Origin: a virus | Taxonomy: Duplodnaviria; Caudoviricetes | IMG/VR virus record: IMGVR_UViG_3300044611_001951 | Location: 1 to 52,937 of that record | Strand: one strand, 5' to 3' | Length of the DNA stretch: 52,937 bases | Shown: piece after piece, positions 37,134 through 45,800 of the stretch | Layout of the letters: every line of letters starts with the position of its first letter | Position numbering within the stretch: position 1 is the stretch's first letter | Notes under the pieces: model-generated | What the model was told of the DNA's origin: nothing | The model's database searches: none | Seen by the model: only the letters and a program-made list of their open reading frames with translations | Made by a program: the position numbers and the translations under genes

Positions 37134-37419
37134 GGACTTGGAGAGGGCAAGGGAACTCATGCACGAGTGGCACCAGAGCTATCCCCGCGGTGAAGCCTCG
37201 CTAGAGCGCGCCATCGCCGCCGCCATCGCGGACGAGCGCGAGGCAAATGCAAAGGTGTGCGACGGGCTTGCGCAGCAGGCCATCGACGAACGTGAAAGAA
37301 GCGCGCGCGACCAAGGAGCGAGTGGTTACTCCAACCGCCCGCTGCTTGCGATGCACACAAATCAGGCTGAAGCGCTCACTGAGGCCGCCTCGGCCATCCG
37401 CGCGCGAGGTGAATCATGA
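37123..37419 (+). CDS. Hypothetical protein (98 aa)
   Basis: MTSRDLERARE…EREANAKVCD…A.AIRARG. Confidence 0.6.
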   Translation: MTSRDLERARELMHEWHQSYPRGEASLERAIAAAIADEREANAKVCDGLAQQAIDERERSARDQGASGYSNRPLLAMHTNQAEALTEAASAIRARGES

Positions 37420-37571
37420 TCGCCGCCGTCGCCGTCGTGTGCCTGCTCGCTTGGGCCGCGTTGCTTCTTCGCGCGCGTCTCCAGCGGCGAGAAAGGCAGC
37501 GCGAGCAACTTGCGCAGCTTGACGCGCTATTCCAAGAAGCGAAGCGCGAACGCGCGCGAGGTGGGGCGTGA
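37416..37571 (+). CDS. Small membrane protein (51 aa)
   Basis: MIAAVAVVCLLAWAALLL TM segment, GAGGT upstream, 4-nt overlaps at both ends. Confidence 0.55.
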   Translation: MIAAVAVVCLLAWAALLLRARLQRRERQREQLAQLDALFQEAKRERARGGA

Positions 37572-38278
37572 GCAAGCCGCTCGCTGTGGACCTCTTCTGC
37601 GGCCTCGGCGGCTGGTCGGAGGGACTGCTCGCCGAGGGCTACGACGTAGTGGGCTTCGACATCGAGCGCCACGTCTACGGCGAGCACCGCTACCCCGCGC
37701 AGCTTGTGCTGCAGGACGTGGCCACGATTCACGGCGCGCAGTTCAAAGACGCCGCGCTCATCGTCGCAAGCCCGCCGTGCCAGGCGTACAGCTACCGCGC
37801 GATGCCGTGGAGTCGAGCTCGCGCGCTGCCCCCGCCCGACAACACGCTCTTTGAAGCGTGCTTCCGCATCCAACGCGAGGCGTGCGAAGCGGCGGGGCGT
37901 CACATCCCGATGGTCGTCGAGAACGTCCGCGGCGCGCAGAAGTGGGTCGGCCGCGCGCACTGGCACTTCGGCTCGTTCTACCTGTGGGGCGACGTGCCGG
38001 CGCTCATGCCGATTGCTCGCCGCGCCCACAAGAACCCAGGCTTTCGCTTTGACGGCAGCGGCCGATCGTTCCAGTCTGAGAGCGTGAACCGCGCCACGAA
38101 GAACACCGGCGGCTCGTGGTTCAACGTCGCGCACAACACGACGAGCGGCAAGGGGCGGAATCCTGATGGGCGCAAGACTGGAGCGCCCCGCAAGTTCGCC
38201 AGCGCGATGATCGCCAAGATCCCGCTCGTGCTGTCGCGCCACATCGCGCGCACGTACAAGCCCAAGGCGAGCGCGTGA
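37568..38278 (+). CDS. Short C5-cytosine DNA methyltransferase-like protein
   Basis: Motif I DLFCGLGG, motif IV ASPPCQ, motif VI VENV. Confidence 0.85.
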   Translation: MSKPLAVDLFCGLGGWSEGLLAEGYDVVGFDIERHVYGEHRYPAQLVLQDVATIHGAQFKDAALIVASPPCQAYSYRAMPWSRARALPPPDNTLFEACFRIQREACEAAGRHIPMVVENVRGAQKWVGRAHWHFGSFYLWGDVPALMPIARRAHKNPGFRFDGSGRSFQSESVNRATKNTGGSWFNVAHNTTSGKGRNPDGRKTGAPRKFASAMIAKIPLVLSRHIARTYKPKASA

Positions 38279-38463
38279 TCACCCTCCTCTACCGCTGGCT
38301 CGACCGCAGAGGCCGCATCCCGCGCTGGGTCCGCTGGATCTACCCGAGCGCGCATTGGTGCGACGCACTGGACTACGCGCTCATTCTCAACGGCGATTGC
38401 TGCTGCGAACTACGCAACGGCGCGCATGACCACGAACCGAAGGACGCGAGGTTTCCGTTTTGA
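38275..38463 (+). CDS. Hypothetical protein (62 aa)
   Basis: Coupled at both ends, HWC…CCC. Confidence 0.5.
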   Translation: MITLLYRWLDRRGRIPRWVRWIYPSAHWCDALDYALILNGDCCCELRNGAHDHEPKDARFPF

Positions 38464-38936
38464 GTACGTCACCCACCATCATCGGCATCGACCCCGGCCT
38501 CGACGGCGCGCTCGCATGGCGCCACGAAGCGTGCTGGTTTTTCGACGTTGTGCCTGTCATCGGCAGCAGGAAGGGCGGGAGAGCGTACGACCTTGGCGCG
38601 ATCCTCGAACGCTTCCAGCGCTCGCCGTATCCCGTGCGCATCTACATCGAAGGCTTCGCGTCCTTCGGCCTCGGCACTTCGGCGGTTCACTCGCTCGTGC
38701 GCTGCATCACGGCGTTCGAGTGCGCTGCGCTCGTGAGCGGCACGCCCATCGTCGTGGTCCCCTCGCAGACATGGCAAAAGGTCATGCTCGCCAACATCGA
38801 GCCGAAGGACCTCAAGCCCAAGGCGAAGGCGAAGATCGCGTGCGAACGCCTGTGGGGCGCGCAGACAGCGAAATGGAGCGAAGGCCAGCGGGACGCAGCG
38901 CTGATCGCCGAGTACGGGTGCAGTGCGCTACATTGA
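38460..38936 (+). CDS. RuvC-like Holliday junction resolvase
   Basis: IIGIDPGLDGALA, YIE, V.SQTWQK, RDAALIAEYG. Confidence 0.85.
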   Translation: MSTSPTIIGIDPGLDGALAWRHEACWFFDVVPVIGSRKGGRAYDLGAILERFQRSPYPVRIYIEGFASFGLGTSAVHSLVRCITAFECAALVSGTPIVVVPSQTWQKVMLANIEPKDLKPKAKAKIACERLWGAQTAKWSEGQRDAALIAEYGCSALH

Positions 38937-38941
38937 CCCCC

Positions 38942-40123
38942 ATGAAGCACAAACCCCACCTGCTGCTGTACCTGCTCGCGTCCCTGTCACTTTTCCTCGC
39001 CGGCTGCGGAGCGCCGAAGGACACGAGCACCGCGGAGGAGCCGCCGGGCTCCGTCATCGAGTCGGGCCACGAGGAGCCGCCGCCGTACGACTTCCCCGTC
39101 GAGGAGCTCGAGGTCGAGCCCTCCGACACGCCGCAGGCGATTGCTCGAGCAATGGCGCAGACGCCGGCGTGGCTGCCTGTGTGGGAGCCGCCGAAGCTGC
39201 GGCCGCACACCAAGGTCGTTTCCAGCATCTCGGCACCGAAGGCCGGCGCGCACGGCTGGCTGATCTCGCGGCTCATGGTGGCCTACACCGGCTACTGGGG
39301 TGCGCTGGTCTCGTTTGACCAGCCGCACACGCGGGTCTCGATGGAGGACGTCGAGATCAACTGCATCAACGGCTCCGACAAGTTCACGCAGAGCAAGTGG
39401 ACGGTCCGGTTCTACCAGTGGCTGGGCAGGATCATCCGCTTCGTCGGGCGCGGCGCGTGGTGGGAGCACATCCTCTACGGCAGCTACGGCTCACTGGCTG
39501 ATGCGGTTGGCGAGCTGCTGATTCAGGACGCTTGGCTGGAGGGCGCTGGAGCGCAGGCGTTGCAGATGCGCCACACGCTGAACCGCGCCGACCCGCAGTG
39601 GCTCATGCCACGGCTCATCACGCTGCGCCGCGTCTTTGCCGTCGAGTGTGGGCAGGCGCGCGGCATCGGCCGGGCGGGATCGGCCATCACGCTGTTCGAC
39701 GCAGGCCCCCTCACCGACATCGTGTTCGAGAAGGTCGCTGTCCGCACGATCAACCAGACCGCGACGAAGGTCTACAACGGCAAGACGTTCGACTCGTTCG
39801 GCGGGGTGTGTGTGCAGTACTGCCGGTCCTTCACCTGGAAGGACGGCTGGGTGCAGATGAAGAACCCCGATCGCCCGGCGATCATGCTGTTCGATTTCGG
39901 GCGCAGGGAGCCGACGCGCACCGGCCCCGCCATCATCGACATCGAGGGGCTGCACCTGGAGAGCGGAATCCTGGCGCTGCGTGTCGGCGACGGCGAGCGC
40001 ATCGAGATCAAGGGCTGCACCGGCAACGGCTGGATTCAGTGCTACCGCTGGAACGGGAGCGACTGGAAGCTCGACCCGTCGATGACGGCGCCGATCGGGC
40101 AGGGCTTCTTCTGGGTGAAGTGA
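38942..40123 (+). CDS. Lipoprotein with possible right-handed beta-helix (polysaccharide-lyase-like) domain
   Basis: Basic/hydrophobic signal with lipobox LAGC, acidic Pro-rich linker, then repeated beta-strand/turn segments (WEHILY, G.GAQALQ, G.AI). TACATT 7 nt upstream of the ATG. Confidence 0.65.
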   Translation: MKHKPHLLLYLLASLSLFLAGCGAPKDTSTAEEPPGSVIESGHEEPPPYDFPVEELEVEPSDTPQAIARAMAQTPAWLPVWEPPKLRPHTKVVSSISAPKAGAHGWLISRLMVAYTGYWGALVSFDQPHTRVSMEDVEINCINGSDKFTQSKWTVRFYQWLGRIIRFVGRGAWWEHILYGSYGSLADAVGELLIQDAWLEGAGAQALQMRHTLNRADPQWLMPRLITLRRVFAVECGQARGIGRAGSAITLFDAGPLTDIVFEKVAVRTINQTATKVYNGKTFDSFGGVCVQYCRSFTWKDGWVQMKNPDRPAIMLFDFGRREPTRTGPAIIDIEGLHLESGILALRVGDGERIEIKGCTGNGWIQCYRWNGSDWKLDPSMTAPIGQGFFWVK

Positions 40124-40140
40124 GCAGGAGCACAAATCAC

Positions 40141-40416
40141 ATGGCAAAGCGTGGATGCGCGAAGGGCAGTTCCAGAGACAGCTCTGGAGACTGCCGCAAC
40201 TACAAGAAAGAGACCGCCTACGCCGCTCGCCCGGAGCAGGTGAAGAACCGCGTCGAGCGCAACCGCGCGCGGCGTGAGGCCGGGCTCAAGGTCGGCGATC
40301 CTCGGGAGGTCGACCACATCAAGCCGCTGGCGCAGGGCGGCTCGCACGACAAGAGCAACCGGCGCGTCACGTCGCGCGCGTTCAACCGCAAGCGTGCAGC
40401 GCAGGCGCGCGGCTAG
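40141..40416 (+). CDS. Small HNH endonuclease-like protein
   Basis: RNYKKE…RNRARR…EVDHIKPLAQGGS…N.R…FNR, AGGAG upstream. Confidence 0.85.
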   Translation: MAKRGCAKGSSRDSSGDCRNYKKETAYAARPEQVKNRVERNRARREAGLKVGDPREVDHIKPLAQGGSHDKSNRRVTSRAFNRKRAAQARG

Positions 40417-41474
40417 CTGAGCAGCGACTTCCAGCCGAGGCCCCGGACCCAGCGGACGAGATCGAGTTCCGCGTCCGGGACCAAATCGTTGTTGGCCCCC
40501 TGCGGGTTGTCGTCCTTGCCGCCCCAGATGGTGCGGACCTTGACGCCGCGGCTCTTGAGGGCCTTGTCCCAGGGGTCGGCCTGGAAGTAGTGATGCGGGT
40601 CGTAGAACGCGGCCGGTTCCACATTCTGGATCGTGCCGGGCGACCACATCGCGGGCGTGAGATCGCGGCCCTTGCCAGCCGAGGGGCGACGGCCCCACGA
40701 GCCCCAGAAGCGCGTGCGCTCAGGCTCGACGTAGTTGAGCCACCACCAGGGCGACGCGGAGCGCTTCACCTGCTCGGGGAGCGCGGTGTTCGTCAGCGTG
40801 CTGTTGAGGCCAAAGAAGTATTGGCGCGTGTCGAAGCGGAACGGCCCCGAGGTTTCGGTGGGATCGTTGGCGAACTGCGTCCAGTCGATTTGCCCGATGA
40901 ACCCGGCCACGGCGTCGGGGCGGTGGTCCTCGTCGTCGTTGCGCGCGCCGAGCTGCGTGCCACGGCCGAACGGCGTCGCCTGGGGCGGGATGCACGCGGC
41001 GAGCAGGCTCAGCGTGTTGCCGGAGCTCGAGCCCATGAGCACGATGTTCTGCGGCGAGATGGAGCCGTTGGCGCCCCAGAGCGCGGTGTTCTTGCGGTTG
41101 CGCCGCAGGAAGCGCATGGCCTTGATGACGGAGAGGATCTGCCCAGGCCAAGGGCGCTTCCCGAACGGCTCGCGGCGCGGCGACGAGGCGCTGTAGGGCG
41201 GCCGGATCTCGAGGCTGACGATGGGCCAGCCGAGCGTGTCGGAAATCTCGTCGATGGCGTCGCCGAGCGCGGGGCTCGAGGACGTGTGCGGGTCCATCAC
41301 CCGCTCGCCCATGTTGAAGGTGTCGCCCGGCTTGATGTAGACGATCAGCGGCATGTCCTTCTGCGGGTTGACCGAGTTCCACCCGAAGAGGTGCTCGTCC
41401 TCGTTCTCGCCGTAGTAGACGCGGCCGGACGTGCCAGGGAACGAGGACGTTGCTCGAGTCGTGACGACGGGCAT
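40413..41474 (-). CDS. Alpha/beta-hydrolase (esterase-like)
   Basis: PLIVYI, VSLEIR, I.PQNIVLMGSSSG nucleophile elbow, RPDAV, ASP, DPHH. Confidence 0.75.
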   Translation of the reverse strand: MPVVTTRATSSFPGTSGRVYYGENEDEHLFGWNSVNPQKDMPLIVYIKPGDTFNMGERVMDPHTSSSPALGDAIDEISDTLGWPIVSLEIRPPYSASSPRREPFGKRPWPGQILSVIKAMRFLRRNRKNTALWGANGSISPQNIVLMGSSSGNTLSLLAACIPPQATPFGRGTQLGARNDDEDHRPDAVAGFIGQIDWTQFANDPTETSGPFRFDTRQYFFGLNSTLTNTALPEQVKRSASPWWWLNYVEPERTRFWGSWGRRPSAGKGRDLTPAMWSPGTIQNVEPAAFYDPHHYFQADPWDKALKSRGVKVRTIWGGKDDNPQGANNDLVPDAELDLVRWVRGLGWKSLLS

Positions 41475-41478
41475 GGGC

Positions 41479-42342
41479 TCAGGCTCCGGGGAACAGGAAG
41501 CAGGACGCGGCGCCGACCTTGACGTAGACCTCGGAGCCGTCCTGCGCGGCGCCGCCGGCGGTTCCGATGGCGTCAACGGCGATGGCGGTGGAGCGGCGCG
41601 CGGCGAACAGGAAGCCGAGCTCGCCGCCCGTCGTGTCCATGTCCGGGCCGGTTGCCGTCAGGTCAAGCTCGAACGGGCCGCGCACGAGGTCGAGCGCCGG
41701 GTTTGATGTTCCGGGGTTGGTCTGCGCCGCGACGCGCAGGCGGGCTTCCCAGAGGCTCCTGCGCGGTCCAATCGGCTGGCCCTCCACGGTCAGAGAGAAT
41801 CCAACCTCGTTCGCGCCCAGGTTGCCCAGGGGCAGGCGGATGGCGACGTGCTTCCCAGCGACGAGCGTGGTGGTCGGTAGCGCCGTCACGAGGTCGACGG
41901 GCAGGATCAGGTCGAGGACGTTGGCGGCGTTGGTCGCCTTGAGGCGGCCGAACAGGCGGAACGCCAGCAGGCGGCCGTCGGAGCCGAACATGCGCGGCGC
42001 GAGGCGCACGCAGCGGCGGTAGTGGTTGATCCCTTCCTTCGAGCGGCAGGCGGGGAAGTACCCGGCCGGGCTCAGGTTCGAGCGCATCGTCGCGCCCAGG
42101 TTCATGAACGGCCAGACGTGGCCGGGCTCGGTGTCCAGCGGGTCGCCGGTCGCGTGGTACGCGCCGCCGTCGACGTTCGTGCCATCCGGCGCGGCGCTCG
42201 TCTCCCCGGCGATCTGCCAAGGATCGTGCGGGTCGCTGCCGACGGTCAGCGGGATCTCGGCGCAGGTCTTGACGCCGAGGACGTAGAGCCGTCGGTCGAC
42301 CGGATCGAAGCCGTCGTTCGGCTCCAGTCCAATGACGCTCAC
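41479..42342 (-). CDS. Hypothetical protein (287 aa), probably virion-associated
   Basis: GTGA-coupled ORF at the end of the late operon, beta-rich. Confidence 0.65.
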   Translation of the reverse strand: MSVIGLEPNDGFDPVDRRLYVLGVKTCAEIPLTVGSDPHDPWQIAGETSAAPDGTNVDGGAYHATGDPLDTEPGHVWPFMNLGATMRSNLSPAGYFPACRSKEGINHYRRCVRLAPRMFGSDGRLLAFRLFGRLKATNAANVLDLILPVDLVTALPTTTLVAGKHVAIRLPLGNLGANEVGFSLTVEGQPIGPRRSLWEARLRVAAQTNPGTSNPALDLVRGPFELDLTATGPDMDTTGGELGFLFAARRSTAIAVDAIGTAGGAAQDGSEVYVKVGAASCFLFPGA

Positions 42343-42800
42343 TGAGCGGCTCCCGCGGGCACCGTGTCGCCGGGGCCGGGGTTGCCCGGAGGAGCCTGGA
42401 ACTGGAGACCCCAGGCCGCTTTCTCGTTCTCGGTGAAGAGTTGCGCCGCTCGAGCGGGGAGCGCCTCACCGGGGAACGTCCCGCTCCACTTGAAGTCCTG
42501 CGAGCGCTGGAACACGACGGCGCGGCCGGCCGGCATCACGGCCTGGTAGAAGGGCACGCCGCCGATCTTCGGCTCGATGCTGGCGACGGCGTTCGTGCTC
42601 GCCCAGCCGACGAACAGGTCGCCGTCGAAGCGCGCCAGGATCGGAGGCGTTTCGGTGCTGCCGAGCACGGTGGTCGCGTGGAACTTCGCCACGGCGAAGC
42701 TCTGGCTCGACTTGCAGCCCGTGACGGCCAGGGCCAGCAGGGCGAGGGCGACGGCGTAGACGATGGTGCGGGCGCAGCGCTGGAATCGAACGATGGTCAT
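42339..42800 (-). CDS. Lipoprotein (153 aa)
   Basis: Signal IVYAVALALLALA followed by lipobox-like VTGC. Confidence 0.65.
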   Translation of the reverse strand: MTIVRFQRCARTIVYAVALALLALAVTGCKSSQSFAVAKFHATTVLGSTETPPILARFDGDLFVGWASTNAVASIEPKIGGVPFYQAVMPAGRAVVFQRSQDFKWSGTFPGEALPARAAQLFTENEKAAWGLQFQAPPGNPGPGDTVPAGAAQ

Positions 42801-42804
42801 GGGT

Positions 42805-45800
42805 TCACCTGCGGAGAAGGGCTTGGTTGAGTGCGGGACCGCCAGACAGCTCCGGCTTGATGCCTCGGCGGCGCAGCGCGGCGGCTGCGTCGTCGGTCAG
42901 GACGCCCGGCTTGTAGCCGTAATCGTACAGTCGGCGTAGCACCTGCTCCCACTGCTGGAAGCGCACCGTCCCAACAGTGGGTTGCTGCACGGCGCCGAAG
43001 AAGATCGCGGCGTAGTCGTGGACGGCCTCGCGGTCAGGGGTCTTGCGAACGACCTCGCGGTCAAGCCAGTTCAGCATGGCCTGGCCGGACGGGTCGCGCA
43101 TGGCGTTGGTGATCGCCTGGCGGAAGAAGTCGGGCCGCATCGCCCGGCGACGCGCGAGCTCGAGCGACGTGCTGGCGACGCGCGACCACTCGTCAGAGCC
43201 GACGAAGCGCGTGAAATACTCGCTCATGCGCTGGCGCTTCTCGGGGTCCGGCTCGCGGCGGATCAAGGTCTGCATCGCGCCCTGCTCGCTGAACATTTGC
43301 GGCAACAGCCAGGCGTCGAACGTGGACATGGAGCGTCCACCGCGCAGCCACGAGTCGTAGGCCCCGGAGAGAACCTCGCTCATCTGGTAGTGGATGTCGG
43401 CCTGCGCCGCTTTGAGCTTGTCCCAGAACGGGCCATCGGAGCGCGTGCTCTCGGGGAACAGGCGACCGACGATGGCCTCGAGGGCTTCGCGCTCGGTCAC
43501 GCCGCCCATCTGCGGCTGCACGAGGCGCTGCGAGCGCCACAGCGACGAGAACAGCAGTTCGCCGACGTTGCGCGCCGGGTCCGGCTGGTCGACCTGCACG
43601 ATGCCGCGCGCGTACTCCTCGATCTTCTGCCCGTTGAGCGCCGCCACTTCGATCATGCGCTGGCCGTCGCGCGAGGCGAGGAAGAACGGCGAGATCGCCG
43701 GCAGCGCGTCGCTCGCGGCGTCGCGCACGTTCTTGAGCGAGTCGAGCCACGCCTGCGGCCCTTCGCTCGTCAGCAGCTTGAGCCCGCCGAACGCGCCGTG
43801 AGCCATCGCAATCGAGAGCTCGCCGGCGCGAAGGCTCATGGCGTCGAACAGCGAGGACGCGATCTGCTCGGGCGACTTCGACGCCGCGCTTTGCAGTGCG
43901 TGGCCGGCGCCGATCCAGTTGCCCCAGCCGGGCGCGAGATCCTCGAGCGAGGACACGCGGGTCTCGTCGCCACGCGACGGCGCTTGGAAGATCAGCGAGC
44001 TTCCGCCGAGCATCGCCTTGTAGGTCTCGTTCAGCAGCGAGCGCGCCTCGTGCGGCACCATCGCGCCGCCGGTGACGTTGGGCCAGACCATCCCGATCTT
44101 GGACGCGGCCTCGAGCGTCGCCGAGTCGATGATGGGCGTCCCAGCGCGCGCCATCGAGCCGCGGAGCGCCTCCTGGAAAGACGCATCCTCTTCGGGGTCT
44201 TGCGTGCTCAGACGGTGCAAGAGGCCCGCCATCGTCGCCATGACGGCGGCCGAGCCGGCGGCGCGGATCGGGTGAGCCCCGACGCTCGCCATGAGCGGCC
44301 CGGTCATCGTGCTGGTGTACATCCAGAACCGGCCCTTGAGCGCCTCGCGCATCAGCGCGCGCGACCAGCGGCCGCCCTCGCCTTCGGCCTTCTTGAACAG
44401 CGGGTTCGAGAAGCTTGAGTAGCTCGAATTGAAGGACCGCATCAGCGGGCTGGTGTTCGCGTAGTCCGCGGTGCCGACGGCGGCGTAGCGAACGGCGTGC
44501 TCCAGCGAGATCGCCTCGGGCTGCGTGTCGATGGTGCGCAGCGTGGCGGCCCATTTGAAGGCCATTTCCCAGAGCTGGTAGAAGCCCGTGAAGTTCGCCA
44601 TCGCGCGGGCGCGCTCGTTCGCGTCGTGCGACCCGCCCAGCTTGGCGAGCGTGCGGTCGAACTCGGTGAGCCCGCCGGTCATGCGGCGCACGGTGTCGAC
44701 AGCGGCGACGCGCCAGGCCGCTTGCGACTCGACGGGCACGCCGGAGTTGCGGAGATCGCGCAGGAGCCCCGCCGTCGTGATGTCGGGCGTGACGGCTGCG
44801 CTCATCGCGTCTGTGACGACGCTCGCCTCGATGCCGACGCCGGTGAACGTCGTGCCGTTCAGCGTGCGGAAAGCCTCTTGGAGAAGCTGCACGCGCTCCC
44901 ACTGCTCGTTTGTCCACTTCTCCGGCTTCACGTTGAGGTTGCCGGTCTTGACCAGATCCAGCAGCCCCTTGATGTCGCGCTGAGCGTCCGCGAAATACCC
45001 GCGCCCGGTGAGCACCGACTTCGCCACGTCCCACATCGGCAGCCGGTTGAGCGCGTGGTTCGACATCACGCTCGTCGTCAGGTTCAGCGTCCAGTGCTTC
45101 GGGCGCCCGATGGTGAGCCCGCGGCGGAACCCGCGCGTCGCCTGCTCGTAGGCGTACACCGCCTTGTCGACGATGGTGTCCATCTCCGGCGCGTTGAACG
45201 TCTGCCGGGTAAGCCCGTCCAATTCCCAGACGAGTTGTCGGGGCAGGTACAGCTTGCCGTCCTGCGACGGCTTCATGTCCTGGTCAAGACCCAAGTACGC
45301 GAGCAACGTGTCGGTGACTTGCTTGCTCTTGGGGCGGCCGCTCGCGGGGTCGAGTTGCTCCTTGAGCAAGTTCCCCATGACGATCGACTGAGCGCGCGCC
45401 GGACCGTTGCTGAGGTTGGCCTCGGACGGGCTCGCGCCGACCACCTCGAGCGTCACGGGCTCGTAGACGTTCTGCGAGTACGGGTCGAGCTTGCTCCACT
45501 GGCGCTCGGTGATCGCGTAGCCGCCGTTCTTGAGGTCTTGCAGCACTCCGAGGTACTGAATCGCCTTGGCCTCCTGGTGCGTCACCACAGAGAGCCACAC
45601 GAACGGATCTTCGATTTGGACGCGCGTGATCCCGTCTTTGGACTCGGGGCCGCGCGCCATATTGCGGCCGGCGAACGAGGGCAAACGACCCTCGCGCAGT
45701 TCCTTCACGATGTCCTGGTTCTCCAGCGACAAGTAGAGGTGCGGGACGTAGCGCCCGGCGTTCTTCTCGATCTGCTTGGGGTCGAGGTAGCCGAAGCGCG

